A DNA stretch of 64,000 nt from an uncultured cyanobacterium (GCA_963749915.1 CAVVOP010000021.1:320001-384000), one strand, 5' to 3'. Shown: positions 28,322 through 39,720, counted from the first letter of the stretch. Program-made: numbers and translations. Notes: generated from the letters alone by a model not told the origin.

Positions 28322-31300
28322 ATGATATTTCCGTCGGGTTATCAAATTTTACACCAACTTTATGAAGGCACCAACTCGCAAATTTATCGTGGTATTAGAG
28401 AATCTGACGGGCAAAAAGTAATCATTAAAGTTCTCAAAAAAGACTATACCACAATATCAGAGTTAGACCATTATAAACGAGAATACAAGATAACTAAATC
28501 CTTAAATATAGATAGTGTTATTAAGCTTTATAGTTTAGAAAAATATCAAAATACTTTGGCTATTATCTCAGAAGACTTCGAGGCAAAATCTTTAAAAATA
28601 TTGTTGAATAATCGCTCTTTTTCAATAGCGGAATTTCTAAAAATTGCCATTAAAACTGTTAAAAGTTTAGAACAAATACACGATGCTAATGTTATTCATA
28701 AAGATCTTAATTCTCACAATATTTTATACAATCCCGATAGCGAAGAATTGAAAATAAATAATTTTGGAATTTCTGCTCTTTTAAATAAAGAAAATCATAG
28801 CAGAGAAAACCTCGATATATTAGAAGAAAAATTAGCTTATATTTCCCCAGAACAAACAGGAAGAACTGGCAGGAGTTTAGACTATCGCACTGATTTTTAT
28901 TCCTTGGGTGTTACCTTCTACGAATTATTAATGGAACAATTACCTTTTGAGAGTACAAATCCTTTAGAATTAATCCATTGTCATCTTGCTAAACAAGCTA
29001 TTCCTCCCTCCCATTTTAATCCTTCAATTCCCATCATTATTTCTGATTTAGTAATGAAATTAATGGCTAAAAATCCTGATGATCGTTATCAAAGTGCATG
29101 GGGATTAAAAGCAGATTTAGAACACTGCTTACAACAATTGGAATTGACAGGAGTTATTAACCATTTTCCTTTAGCAAGTCAAGATATTTCTGATAAGTTT
29201 TTAATTTCTGAAAAACTATACGGTAGAGATGAAATTTTTACAACCCTATTAAGCCAATGGCAAAGAGTTGCAGATCAATCTAGTGCTGAAATAACGACTA
29301 TAGCAGGATATTCAGGCATTGGTAAATCATCTTTAGCAAATATTATAGAGAAAAAAGTTAGTCAGGAAAAAGGTTATTTTATTTTAGGAAAATTTGATCA
29401 GTTTCAGCGTGACATTCCCTATAGTGCTTTAATTCGTGCTTTTCAACAGTTAGTGATCAAAAAATTAAAAAAGAATAAGGAAAAAATAAATTATTGGAAA
29501 AATAAATTATTAGCTAATTTAGGACATAATGGGCAAATTATTATTGATGTAATTCCGGAAATTGAGTTAATTATTGGGAAACAACCACCTGTACCCGAAT
29601 TAAGTGGTAATGAGGCTTACAATAGGTTTAATTTAATCTTTCAAAAATTTATGGAGGTTTGTTGTACAAAAGAGCATCCTTTAGTGATTTTTCTTGATGA
29701 TTTGCAATGGGGAGATAGGGCGACTTTTAAGTTAATTGAGTTAATTATGTTAGATAATAACTTGCAACATTTGTTAGTTATGGGAGCTTATCGTAGTAAT
29801 GAAATTGATCAAGATCATCCTTTAATGACCATGATAGATAATGTCAAAAAAAATGAGGGTATAGTTAATCAAATTTATTTACAAAATTTAACTTTGGATG
29901 ATGTTAATAATTTGATAGCTGATACTTTAAAAAGTGATATTGATCAAGTAAAATCTTTGGCAGAATTAGTTTTTAAAAAGACTTTAGGTAATCCTTTGTT
30001 GACTAAACAATTTCTGCAAACATTATATTTGGAAAATTTAATTCGTTTTGATTATAGTCAACGTAAATGGCAATGGGATGTAACTAATATTTCTGCTCAA
30101 AATATCACCGATAATGTGCTGGAATTAATGATTAATCAGTTAAAAACTTTTTCTAAATCTACCCAGTCTCTTTTGCAATTATCTGCTTGTATTGGCAACA
30201 ATTTTAGTTTATCTACTTTATCAATTATTGAGCAAAAATCTCCTCAAACATTGTTACAGGATTTAATGATTCCCCTTAATTATGGTTTAATTTTGCCATT
30301 AGCATCGTCATCTCAAGGCTTAATTGATAATTACCAGTTTTTACATGATCTAGTTCAACAGGCAGCTTATGCTTTAATTCCTGAATCTGAAAAACCGCAA
30401 ATTCATCTAACAATAGGAGAGTTGCTACTTGAAAAATATAGTGATTTGGAAAGAGAAAAAAAATTATTTGATATTGTGGGACATTTGAATAAAGGTAGAA
30501 AATTAATTAATGAATCCAAGGTAAAAGAAAACCTCGCCAAACTCAATTTACAGGCAGGAAATAGGGCAAAAAATGCTAATGCTTATAAAGAGGCTGGGAT
30601 TTATTTACGAACGGGGTTGGAATTATTAAACCCTAATTGTTGGGAAACTCAATATCAATTAAGCCTTGAACTGTATACCAGTAATGCAGAAACTGCCTAT
30701 TTAAAAGGTGATTTTCAGGAAATGGACACCATGGCACAACAGGTTTTAAATCATGCACGAATTATTTTAGATAGAGTCGTGATTTACAAGGTTTCTATTG
30801 CCGCAGAGATTGCACAAAGTAATATTTACTCGAGCATTACTATTGGCAGAAAAGCACTAGAAGAATTAGGGATTGAACTGCCAACTCAAGCAAATTCCCA
30901 TGAAATAAATAATGCCATGGGAAATCTTAACAATCAGCTAGAGGATAAAAAAATTGAAGAATTAATTGATTTACCCATAAATAATAATCCCAAAGCTCAA
31001 GCAACACTTGAAATATTGGCAATGTTATACTCTGCCTTTTTTCAAGCTATGCCAGATTTACTACCCTTGGTTAGTTCAGCTATGGTTAGTTTATCCCTTA
31101 AGTTTGGGAATCTTCCTGCCTCGGCCGTTGGTTACTGTATTCACGGCATGGTACTTTGTAGCTTTTTTGGAGAGGTGGAAAAAGCCTATAATTTTGGTTG
31201 TTTGGCGATGGATTTAATCAAGAGAGATCCTCAACAATGCCTCAAACATTTGGCAATACAAATATTTGGATGTATTATTCAACCTCGCAAAACAGCTATA

Positions 31301-33739
31301 AGAAGAAGTTTAACCACTTTACAAAATAGCTATCAAGTGGGTTTGGAAACGGGAGATTTGATGAATGCTAGTTATTCTTCTCTGGTCTATAGTTTTACAG
31401 GGTTTTTCGCCGGGATGGAATTAGAAACGTTAGAACTGGAATTGAATAATTACAGTAGCGTTTTGACTCAGTTAAGGCAAGATTCGGCTAAAGTTTATTT
31501 AGATATGATAGGGCAGACTATCAAAAATTTGCGAGAAACAACCAGTCAACCAGACTGCCTAATGGGAACTTTGTATAATGAAACAATTCGGATCCCTCAG
31601 CACAATACAAATCAGGAATTGACTGCCATCGCACAAGTTTATATCTACAAATTATTACTTGGCTATTGTTTCGGCAATTATCAATCAGCACAACATTATA
31701 TCAATCAGGCACAACCCTTTTTAGTCTCAGTTGCTGGACTAGTTTTTTTTCCTCTTTATCATTTTTACTCCGCCCTAACTTATATTGCATTATGGGAAAC
31801 ACAGGAAAATCAAGTGAAGATTTTAGAGGAGGTAGAACATCATCAAGAGATACTCCATCAGTGGGCGAAAAATGCTCCTATGAATTATTCGGGTAAGTGG
31901 CATCTGGTGGAGGCGGAAAAACAAAGAATCTTGGGCAATAAAGCGGAAGCCATTGAAAATTATGATCAAGCCATTGAATTAGCTAAGGAAAATGAGTTTA
32001 TCCATGAACAGGCGATGGCCAATGAATTAGCAGGAAAGTTTTATTTAGGTTGGGGGAAAGAAAAATTAGCCCACAATTATCTTCAAGAATCTTTTTACCA
32101 TTATAGCCTTTGGGGTGCAACAGCAAAAATTGCCGATTTAGAACAAAAATACCCACAATTTTTCGCCTCTTCAATCTCCTCACCTAATCCTTACCAAGAA
32201 AAACTATCTATAAGTGTTAATTTCCATAACAATTTAGATTTAATCACAGTAATGAAGTCATCTCAAGCCATCGCCGGTGAAATTGTCCTCGAAAATCTGT
32301 TACAAACTTTAATGGAAATTTTACTGGAAAATGCGGGGGTACAAACCGGTTGTTTATTGATTCATACTCCCAACTTATCAGGGGAATTAGGCACATTCAC
32401 CATCGCTATTGATAGCCGCAATCAGACTCATAATCTCTATCCTCAGAAAAAAATTTCTGAGAGTATTCCTGAATCCATATTAAAATATGTGGCAGATACG
32501 AGAAAGCATATCTGTCTTGATCGTCCGTACTTAGGAGGTGATTTTATCGATGATCCTTATATTCAATCGGTAAAACCTTTTTCTATTCTTTGTTATCCCC
32601 TAATTAATCAAGGGAATTTAGAGGGGGTTATTTATCTGGAAAATAACTTAACCATGGGAGTATTTACTATAAGTAATATTGAGTTTTTGCAATTACTTTC
32701 AGGACAAGCGGTCATCGCCCTTCGTAATGCCCAACTGTATAGTGAAATTAAACACAAAGAAGAATTATTGAAACAGTTTTTAGAAGCTATGCCCATAGGA
32801 ATTAGTGTTTTAGACGCAAAGGGACGACCATACTATACTAATCATAAAGCAGAATCTATCTTCGGAAAAGGGGTTATCCCGGCAGGGGTACTAAAGGAAG
32901 AAATTGGCGAAGTTTATCGAGCCTATATAGCAGGGACAAATCAACTCTATCCCAATGAAAATTTACCTGTTATTAGGGCTTTACAGGGAGAAATTTGTAA
33001 TACCAATGATGTTGAAATTCGCAATGGAGATAATATTATTCCCATAGAATCTTGGGGAACTCCCATTTATGATCAATCAGGGCGAATTCAATATGCAATG
33101 GTAGCATTTCAGGATATTACTCAACGCAAAGAAACAGAAAAGATTTTAAGAAACTATAATCACACTTTAGAAAAAGAAATTTTAAGTCGAACAGCCAAAC
33201 TGCAACAAGCCAATGAACAATTGTCCCGTCTAGCCAACTTAGATGGCTTAACCCAAGTTGCCAACCGTCGTCGTTTTGATGACTATTTAAAACTCGAATG
33301 GCAAAGACATCTCAGACAACAACAACCTTTATCTTTAATCCTCATTGATATTGACTATTTTAAACTCTACAATGACTCTTGCGGACATCAGCAGGGAGAT
33401 GATTGTTTAATCAGAGTAGCACGAGCAATATCTGAAGTTATTCAACGCCCTACAGATTTATTCGCCCGTTATGGAGGGGAGGAGTTTGCTCTTGTTTTGC
33501 CCGAAACACCCTCCCAAGGGGCATTAATAGTCGCACAATCCATCAAAAATATGATTGCTCAAATAAAAATCCCTCATCCACAATCTAGGGTTAACGAGTA
33601 TGTAACTTTAAGTATGGGAGTAGGCACCGTTATCCCCTTCCCACAACTTGCCCCTGAAGATTTAATTGCCCAAGTCGACGAAGCACTATATCGAGCTAAA
33701 AAAGAAGGCAGAAATAGGATAATAATGACCAATAAGTAA
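28322..33739 (+). CDS. Ser/Thr kinase-like + AAA ATPase + GAF + PAS + GGDEF multidomain signalling protein
   Basis: Kinase fold (HKDLN, YISPEQTGR, DFYSLG), Walker A GYSGIGKS, Walker B IFLDDLQW, GAF (GVIYLENN), PAS, RYGGEEF. Start is ATG 28322 or 28253. Confidence 0.9.
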   Translation: MIFPSGYQILHQLYEGTNSQIYRGIRESDGQKVIIKVLKKDYTTISELDHYKREYKITKSLNIDSVIKLYSLEKYQNTLAIISEDFEAKSLKILLNNRSFSIAEFLKIAIKTVKSLEQIHDANVIHKDLNSHNILYNPDSEELKINNFGISALLNKENHSRENLDILEEKLAYISPEQTGRTGRSLDYRTDFYSLGVTFYELLMEQLPFESTNPLELIHCHLAKQAIPPSHFNPSIPIIISDLVMKLMAKNPDDRYQSAWGLKADLEHCLQQLELTGVINHFPLASQDISDKFLISEKLYGRDEIFTTLLSQWQRVADQSSAEITTIAGYSGIGKSSLANIIEKKVSQEKGYFILGKFDQFQRDIPYSALIRAFQQLVIKKLKKNKEKINYWKNKLLANLGHNGQIIIDVIPEIELIIGKQPPVPELSGNEAYNRFNLIFQKFMEVCCTKEHPLVIFLDDLQWGDRATFKLIELIMLDNNLQHLLVMGAYRSNEIDQDHPLMTMIDNVKKNEGIVNQIYLQNLTLDDVNNLIADTLKSDIDQVKSLAELVFKKTLGNPLLTKQFLQTLYLENLIRFDYSQRKWQWDVTNISAQNITDNVLELMINQLKTFSKSTQSLLQLSACIGNNFSLSTLSIIEQKSPQTLLQDLMIPLNYGLILPLASSSQGLIDNYQFLHDLVQQAAYALIPESEKPQIHLTIGELLLEKYSDLEREKKLFDIVGHLNKGRKLINESKVKENLAKLNLQAGNRAKNANAYKEAGIYLRTGLELLNPNCWETQYQLSLELYTSNAETAYLKGDFQEMDTMAQQVLNHARIILDRVVIYKVSIAAEIAQSNIYSSITIGRKALEELGIELPTQANSHEINNAMGNLNNQLEDKKIEELIDLPINNNPKAQATLEILAMLYSAFFQAMPDLLPLVSSAMVSLSLKFGNLPASAVGYCIHGMVLCSFFGEVEKAYNFGCLAMDLIKRDPQQCLKHLAIQIFGCIIQPRKTAIRRSLTTLQNSYQVGLETGDLMNASYSSLVYSFTGFFAGMELETLELELNNYSSVLTQLRQDSAKVYLDMIGQTIKNLRETTSQPDCLMGTLYNETIRIPQHNTNQELTAIAQVYIYKLLLGYCFGNYQSAQHYINQAQPFLVSVAGLVFFPLYHFYSALTYIALWETQENQVKILEEVEHHQEILHQWAKNAPMNYSGKWHLVEAEKQRILGNKAEAIENYDQAIELAKENEFIHEQAMANELAGKFYLGWGKEKLAHNYLQESFYHYSLWGATAKIADLEQKYPQFFASSISSPNPYQEKLSISVNFHNNLDLITVMKSSQAIAGEIVLENLLQTLMEILLENAGVQTGCLLIHTPNLSGELGTFTIAIDSRNQTHNLYPQKKISESIPESILKYVADTRKHICLDRPYLGGDFIDDPYIQSVKPFSILCYPLINQGNLEGVIYLENNLTMGVFTISNIEFLQLLSGQAVIALRNAQLYSEIKHKEELLKQFLEAMPIGISVLDAKGRPYYTNHKAESIFGKGVIPAGVLKEEIGEVYRAYIAGTNQLYPNENLPVIRALQGEICNTNDVEIRNGDNIIPIESWGTPIYDQSGRIQYAMVAFQDITQRKETEKILRNYNHTLEKEILSRTAKLQQANEQLSRLANLDGLTQVANRRRFDDYLKLEWQRHLRQQQPLSLILIDIDYFKLYNDSCGHQQGDDCLIRVARAISEVIQRPTDLFARYGGEEFALVLPETPSQGALIVAQSIKNMIAQIKIPHPQSRVNEYVTLSMGVGTVIPFPQLAPEDLIAQVDEALYRAKKEGRNRIIMTNK

Positions 33740-33825
33740 ATAAATTTTCCTGGCCTTTTAGCCTTAACTACATGGTTAATAATTTGATAAAGTATTGATT
33801 AAAGAAAGATATTTTTGCTTTACCT

Positions 33826-34704
33826 ATGGTTTCATCTCCAGAAATTAATAATCCTCCCGTCATCGAAAGTATTATCAAACTCCTCCGTTGGGATAAACCT
33901 GCCGGAAGATTAATCCTCATGATTCCTGCTTTATGGGCAGTATTCTTTGCCAGCAAGGGTACACCTCCCCTAATCTTAGTGGGTATTATCATCTTAGGTA
34001 CTTTAGCCACCAGTGCCGCCGGATGTGTTATTAATGATTTGTGGGATCGTAATATCGATAATCAAGTAGAAAGAACCAAAAATCGACCCCTTGCTTCCCG
34101 TGCCTTATCTGTTAAAGTCGGTATTATTGTTTTTATCACTAGTTTAGGCTGTGCCGCAGGATTGGCATTTTATCTTAATTCTCTCAGTTTTTGGTTGTGC
34201 GTGGCTTCCGTACCCGTAATTATCTGTTATCCCCTAGCTAAAAGAGTTTTTCCTCTTCCTCAGTTAGTTTTATCTATTGCCTGGGGTTTTGCCGTTCTAA
34301 TCGGTTGGAGTGCGGTGACAGGTAATTTGACTTTTAACACTTGGGTATTGTGGGGAGCGACCATTACATGGACAATGGGATTTGATACAGTTTACGCTAT
34401 GGCAGATAAACCCGATGATCTCAAAGTGGGCATTAACTCCAGTGCCATCTTTTTTGGTGATTTAGCAGGGGAAACAGTGGGTTTATTTTTCGCTCTCACT
34501 GCTGGTTTATTCGCTTATCTTGGCTCAGTAAACCGCTTTAACTTCTTGTTTGGGATATCATGGGCGATCGCCGTCATTTTGTGGGTAGGGCAATATCTAG
34601 AATTAAGGAAACCAAATCAAGAGTTAGTCAATTATGGGCAAATATTTAGTCAAAATGTCTGGATTGGCTTTATTTTATTATTAGGAATTATCTTAGGCAA
34701 TTAA
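33826..34704 (+). CDS. plqA: 4-hydroxybenzoate solanesyltransferase (UbiA family, plastoquinone synthesis)
   Basis: LLRWDKPAG, NDLWDRNID, RTKNRPLAS and FDTVYAMAD. Confidence 0.92.
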   Translation: MVSSPEINNPPVIESIIKLLRWDKPAGRLILMIPALWAVFFASKGTPPLILVGIIILGTLATSAAGCVINDLWDRNIDNQVERTKNRPLASRALSVKVGIIVFITSLGCAAGLAFYLNSLSFWLCVASVPVIICYPLAKRVFPLPQLVLSIAWGFAVLIGWSAVTGNLTFNTWVLWGATITWTMGFDTVYAMADKPDDLKVGINSSAIFFGDLAGETVGLFFALTAGLFAYLGSVNRFNFLFGISWAIAVILWVGQYLELRKPNQELVNYGQIFSQNVWIGFILLLGIILGN

Positions 34705-34732
34705 AAAATGTTAAATTAATATCTATTCCCCA

Positions 34733-35506
34733 TTGCCTTTATTTTCAATCATCAACTTATTTACGGCTTTGAATAACTGGTTAGGTTTAATTATTGGTAA
34801 TTCCCGACTCCATTGGGGTTACTTTCAAGAGGATAAAATTACTCAAACATGGAATACTTCTCAAGCTGAATCCTTGGAACAATTGCCTCATATTTTGGAC
34901 AAGACTCTCTATTCTTACTTAAAAGCGCAAATTCCTTTATATATCGCCTCCGTTGTGCCTTCAGCGACCAAAATGTATTTATCCTTTTCTCAAACTACCA
35001 TTATCAATCCCAAGATTATTCCCTTACAAGATATTTACCCGACCATGGGAGTCGATCGCATTTTAGCATTATGGGGGGCGGGTACTAACTATGGTTTTCC
35101 TTGTCTTGTTATTGATAGTGGCACAGCTTTAACTTTTACAGGTGCCGATGAAGATAAAAAATTAATCGGTGGTGCAATTCTGCCTGGGGTAAGATTACAA
35201 TTAGAAACCCTCTTTTTTAATACAGCCAGGTTACCAAAAATTGAGATAATTAGGGAAAAAACACCCCGTTGGGCAAAAAATACCCCCTTAGCCATTCAAA
35301 GTGGTATTATTTATACCCTTATCGCCAGTATTCGAGATTTTACGGAAGATTGGTTAAATAAATATCCTCAAAGTAAAGTTATTTTAACGGGAGGTGATGC
35401 TTTATTATTATTTCAATATTTAGAGGTAATTTTTCCCGATATTAGTAGTAGAATTACGATGGATGCTAACCTAATTTTTTTAGGAATGCAAAAAATACAT
35501 AGTTGA
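34733..35506 (+). CDS. coaX: Type III pantothenate kinase
   Basis: IIGNSRLHW, MGVDR, VIDSGTALT, GGAILPG and LTGGDA; start uncertain. Confidence 0.88.
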   Translation: MPLFSIINLFTALNNWLGLIIGNSRLHWGYFQEDKITQTWNTSQAESLEQLPHILDKTLYSYLKAQIPLYIASVVPSATKMYLSFSQTTIINPKIIPLQDIYPTMGVDRILALWGAGTNYGFPCLVIDSGTALTFTGADEDKKLIGGAILPGVRLQLETLFFNTARLPKIEIIREKTPRWAKNTPLAIQSGIIYTLIASIRDFTEDWLNKYPQSKVILTGGDALLLFQYLEVIFPDISSRITMDANLIFLGMQKIHS

Positions 35507-35525
35507 TCCCCTAGTCTTTCCTATA

Positions 35526-35636
35526 AGGAACACGCGCCAAGAGAGAGGACAAAGGGTAATGAATTCGTGAAAATTTTAATTCTCAATTCTCAAATTCTCA
35601 ATTTCCCTAACAATGCCGTTTTTGGCACGCTTCCGA
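35526..35636. repeat. MITE-like element containing heptamer tandem repeats (AATTCTC)x3
   Basis: GGAACACGCGCCAA versus TTGGCACGCTTCC imperfect inverted repeats enclosing AATTCTC repeats, next to the tRNA-Thr 3' end. Confidence 0.35.
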
Positions 35637-35648
35637 ACAGTATTGCAA

Positions 35649-35721
35649 AGCTACCTATCGGAATCGAACCGACAACCTATTCATTACGAATGAATTGCTC
35701 TGCCAATTGAGCTAAGGTAGC
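35649..35721 (-). tRNA. trnT: tRNA-Thr(CGU)
   Basis: Reverse complement GCTACCTTAGCTCAATTGGCAGAGC-ATTCA-TTCGTAA-TGAAT...GGTTCGATTCC...GGTAGCT. Confidence 0.95.
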
Positions 35722-35788
35722 ATAATTTATATTTTAGAGGAATATCATAACATAAATGGGAAAAAGTAATATTAAAAATCAGTAATTA

Positions 35789-36235
35789 TTAATTATTATT
35801 TTGATGTTGCAATTTGAATTTTTCTCTTTCGCTGTGCAAATTTTGTTCTAATTCCTGTAATTCTTCTCGGCGAGTTTCAATTTCTAGGCGAATACGAGTT
35901 AAATCTTGGCTTTGGGAGGTTAATTCTTGTCGCCATTTTTCGATTTTGGCTTGTTCTTCGGGTATTTTAATGTTGGCGTTAAAATGACCCTCTACCAAAT
36001 ATTCTCTAATTAAATCTAAAATCCAATCTTTGGCATCTCGACAACGAATAATTTGGTTATTATTATCTAATTCCAATAACACGAATGATCCCAATGGAAA
36101 AACTTCTCCTCCATCTAAAGATAAAAATCTTTCATGGCAGAAAGTCCACTGTAATTTAGATTCCTCGACTGCCAGTAAATGTAATTCTAATTTCCCTGAC
36201 AAAATATTTTTAGTAACTTGGGCTAAATATAGCAT
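35789..36235 (-). CDS. Conserved cyanobacterial hypothetical protein with C-terminal coiled coil
   Basis: MLYLAQV N-terminus and KWRQELTSQSQDLTR coiled coil. Confidence 0.75.
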   Translation of the reverse strand: MLYLAQVTKNILSGKLELHLLAVEESKLQWTFCHERFLSLDGGEVFPLGSFVLLELDNNNQIIRCRDAKDWILDLIREYLVEGHFNANIKIPEEQAKIEKWRQELTSQSQDLTRIRLEIETRREELQELEQNLHSEREKFKLQHQNNN

Positions 36236-36317
36236 TTTATGTTCAAAAGGAAGCAGAATTAGGATAAGTAAGAGAATAGGAAATAGTTGATTTTAATGAC
36301 TAATTATTAATTGTTAA

Positions 36318-39300
36318 TTATTTTAGTAAGTTAATGCGTTTTTGCAAAATCTCTCCTTGAATCTTGCTTTCGTTTAAGGTGTTTTGTGCTGTTTCAATAA
36401 TATCCTTAGGTGCTTTATTAAGGAAATTGGGGTTGTTTAACCTTCCTTCTAAGGATTTTATCTCCCCTTCAATTTTAGCTAGTTTTTTCGCTAATTTACC
36501 CGTTAATTTATCTATATCTATAATACCTTCTAGGGGGATTAAAATCTGGATTGTGCCGACTACAGAAGCGATGCCACGAGGATCCGCTGCACAGCCCGTC
36601 TGGGACACTTCTTCGGTTAAACTTTTGGTAATGGTGAGATTCTCGACTTTTGCTAATTCCATGATATAAGTTTGAGTTTGGCTTAAAATTGCCCTTTCTT
36701 TATCGCTATCAGACTGTAGAATGACGTTTACCCTAACACCGGGTTTAATTTCAGCTTCCGCACGAAGGTTACGAATCGCCCGAATTGTTTCGAATAGTAG
36801 GTTAAAGCTGGTTTCTAAGTCCTTATCGATGAGAGTGGTTGAAGGTTTTATGATCACTTTGGGGGTAGAAGATTCCGATTCTAACCCCATAACAGCATCG
36901 ACGGAAGAATGCCCGAAAATTTCCTCTTTTAAAGTGTTTAACTTTTCTAACGTCTTCTCCCTGGCCTCTGCAAACACCAGATTTTGATAACTAAACCATA
37001 AACTATAACCCAAACCCACTAACTGTAGCAAAGGTTCTAAGAGAGGAAAATCATCGATGGCGGTGACAACGGAAGAAATTAATTCTAAAACAAGAAAAGT
37101 TAAGAGTATAATCGATAAAAGAGTGAAAGGTCGTCGATATTTCCTGATAAATATACTAACTTGATCCGGTAATTGATCTAATAAACTGAGTACTTGATTA
37201 CCCAACTTAATAATTGCAGCATCTTCAGTTTGATTTATCGTCATCAATGGGCTAGTCGTCATTTCAGCCAGAGATAAGGGGATCAACTCATCTACCTGGG
37301 GAAAAGATTGTAAAGCTAAACTATCCTCTTTGTTTTGAGTTAAAGTGTGCCAAATTTCTTCGGTGATATGAGGCATAAAAGGATGTAAAAGTTTTAATAT
37401 TCCCTCCAATACATAGGCTAAAGTTTGTTGTGCTATTTGACGGGAAGAAGATTCTCGATCCTGCCATAGACGAGTTTTGACTAATTCTATATACCAGTCG
37501 CAAAAGTCACCCCAGATAAATTCATATAATCCCTTCGCCGCCTCTCCTAAACCATAATTTTCGATAGACTCTCTGGTTTCCTTGACAACTTGGTTAAACC
37601 GCGATATTATCCAGCGATCGCTCAATTCCAAATTTTGTAAGTGAGGATAGCCTAATTGTTGAGGAGTTTTACCTTCAAGATTCATCAACACAAATCGTGC
37701 GGCATTCCATAATTTATTGGCAAAATTCCGAGAGGCTTCCACCGAATCCGATTCGTCCGTTTGACGATTATATTGTAAGCTAATATCTTGCCCCGCCCCT
37801 GCCACTTCTCGAATTAAGGTATATCTTAGGGCATCTGTGCCGTATTTGTCCGTTAATAATAAAGGATCAATGCCATTATTGGCAGATTTGGACATTTTTT
37901 TGCCGTTTTCATCCCTTACCAAACCATGAATATAAACATCCTTAAAAGGCATTTTACCGGTAAAATGTCCTGACATCATTGTCATTCTTGCTACCCAGAA
38001 GAAGATAATATCAAATCCCGTCACCATGGTTGTGTTGGGAAAATACATTGATAAATCTTCCGTATTGGAAGGCCAACCCATGGTAGAAAAAGGCCATAAT
38101 CCCGATGAAAACCATGTGTCAAGCACATCTGGATCTTGAGCTATGATTATATCTTCACCGTATTCTTTATAGGCTTTGTCCTTGGCTTCGCTTTCATTAT
38201 ATGCTACAACAAAAGGAGTCTCATCGGTAATTTCGCCGTTAGTTTTACTGACAATATACCATGCTGGAATTTGATGCCCCCACCAAAGTTGGCGAGAAAT
38301 ACACCAATCTTGCAGTTTTACCAACCAGTCCCGATAGACTTTTTGCCATCTTGCGGGCACAAAATGAGGAGAGTGGTTGTCATCCAATTCCCGTAAGGCT
38401 TTTTGGGCTAAAGGTTCGATTTTGACATACCATTGGGTGGACAGCAAAGGTTCAACCGGAACTTTTCCTCGATCGCTGTATGGTATGCTATGACGATAAT
38501 CTTCAACTTTGACTAAAAATCCTTCTTTTTCCAGACGTTTAACTATATTTTCACGAGCTAGAAAACGATCTTGCCCTTGAAATTCTCCTCCGTTTTCGTT
38601 AATTGACCCATCTTTGTTTAAAATATTGATAAAGGGTAGATCGTGACGTTTACCCATCTGAAAATCGTTAAGATCGTGTGCTGGTGTGACTTTGACACAT
38701 CCTGTACCAAAAGAGGGATCAACAAATTCATCGGCAATAATCGGAATCTCCCTGAAGGTGATGGGTAAAACTAGGGTTTTGCCGATAAGATTTTGATAAC
38801 GGGTATCATTAGGATTAACCGCCACTGCAGTATCTCCTAACATAGTTTCTGGGCGAGTGGTGGCTATTTCTATATATTCGCCTTCTTCCCTTAAAGGGTA
38901 ACGCAAATGCCATAAATTCCCGTCAACTTCCTTATTTTCTACCTCTAAATCAGACACAGCAGATTGAGATTCGGGACACCAGTTCACCATATAATTCCCC
39001 CGATAAATCAAGCCTTCTTCATATAATTTAATGAAAGCAGTTTTTACGGCGGTACATAAATTATCATCAAGGGTGAATCTTTCTCGACTCCAGTCAGCGG
39101 ATAAGCCTAATTTTTGCAGCTGGTGATATATCGCGTCCCCAGACTGCACACGCCATTGCCAAGCCTTTTTTAAAAATTTCTTTCTACCTAAGTCGTAACG
39201 GGTTTTGCCTTCTTCTTTTAGTTGTTTTTCAATAATCGTCTGTACGGCAATACTAGCATGATCTGTACCAGGCAAACAAAGGGTATTTTTTCCCGTCATG

Positions 39301-39521
39301 CGATGGTAACGAATTAAGGTATCAATCAGAGATGTATTAAAAGCGTGACCCATGTGCAACCTACCGGTAACGTTGGGGGGCGGAATGACTATGGCATAAG
39401 GTTCTCCCCCTTTTTTGGGGTTGGCCTTAAAGGTATCGTGGCATCGCCAAAATTCCTGCCATTTAGCTTCAGTAGTTTGAGGATCGTATTGAGGGGGTAA
39501 AATAGCTTGAGGATTAGTCAT
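36318..39521 (-). CDS. valS: Valine--tRNA ligase with inserted CAAD membrane-anchoring domain
   Basis: [25 protein letters not shown] and KMSKS; two-TM CAAD/CURT1-like insert ([23 protein letters not shown]) before the C-terminal coiled coil. Confidence 0.97.
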   Translation of the reverse strand: MTNPQAILPPQYDPQTTEAKWQEFWRCHDTFKANPKKGGEPYAIVIPPPNVTGRLHMGHAFNTSLIDTLIRYHRMTGKNTLCLPGTDHASIAVQTIIEKQLKEEGKTRYDLGRKKFLKKAWQWRVQSGDAIYHQLQKLGLSADWSRERFTLDDNLCTAVKTAFIKLYEEGLIYRGNYMVNWCPESQSAVSDLEVENKEVDGNLWHLRYPLREEGEYIEIATTRPETMLGDTAVAVNPNDTRYQNLIGKTLVLPITFREIPIIADEFVDPSFGTGCVKVTPAHDLNDFQMGKRHDLPFINILNKDGSINENGGEFQGQDRFLARENIVKRLEKEGFLVKVEDYRHSIPYSDRGKVPVEPLLSTQWYVKIEPLAQKALRELDDNHSPHFVPARWQKVYRDWLVKLQDWCISRQLWWGHQIPAWYIVSKTNGEITDETPFVVAYNESEAKDKAYKEYGEDIIIAQDPDVLDTWFSSGLWPFSTMGWPSNTEDLSMYFPNTTMVTGFDIIFFWVARMTMMSGHFTGKMPFKDVYIHGLVRDENGKKMSKSANNGIDPLLLTDKYGTDALRYTLIREVAGAGQDISLQYNRQTDESDSVEASRNFANKLWNAARFVLMNLEGKTPQQLGYPHLQNLELSDRWIISRFNQVVKETRESIENYGLGEAAKGLYEFIWGDFCDWYIELVKTRLWQDRESSSRQIAQQTLAYVLEGILKLLHPFMPHITEEIWHTLTQNKEDSLALQSFPQVDELIPLSLAEMTTSPLMTINQTEDAAIIKLGNQVLSLLDQLPDQVSIFIRKYRRPFTLLSIILLTFLVLELISSVVTAIDDFPLLEPLLQLVGLGYSLWFSYQNLVFAEAREKTLEKLNTLKEEIFGHSSVDAVMGLESESSTPKVIIKPSTTLIDKDLETSFNLLFETIRAIRNLRAEAEIKPGVRVNVILQSDSDKERAILSQTQTYIMELAKVENLTITKSLTEEVSQTGCAADPRGIASVVGTIQILIPLEGIIDIDKLTGKLAKKLAKIEGEIKSLEGRLNNPNFLNKAPKDIIETAQNTLNESKIQGEILQKRINLLK
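36573..36596. mobile_element. 24-nt small dispersed repeat (SDR5-like) inserted in frame in valS at a HIP1-like site
   Basis: GCGAT|GCCACGAGGATCCGCTGCACAGCC|CGT; removing it restores GCGATCGT and the peptide SQTIASVVG. Confidence 0.65.
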
Positions 39522-39584
39522 AAAATTATAATTAAAATCAATTTGAGGTAATAAATTGCCAATTTCGTTTTCTATTCCTGTTCG

Positions 39585-39720
39585 ACCTGAGTTGTCGAGA
39601 AAAATCTTGGATTTTCTGAGGATTTAGACTGTGAAGGGAGTAAAACGAGATTTTGTTGACCATCGAAATATACTTTGACTCCCCTTATTTAATCATTAGT
39701 CCCAACTCCGAACTCAAGTT
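39585..39720. repeat. IS982-type-ended MITE remnant
   Basis: ACCTGAGTT at the left and CCGAACTCAAGTT at the right; similar (A)ACCTGAGTTCG/CGTGAGTTCG ends near 9630, 26155 and 49296. Confidence 0.4.

Noticed and set aside
36830..37280. Intein in valS
   Set aside because: No C/S start, HN end or LAGLIDADG motifs; the insert is hydrophobic and CAAD-like.
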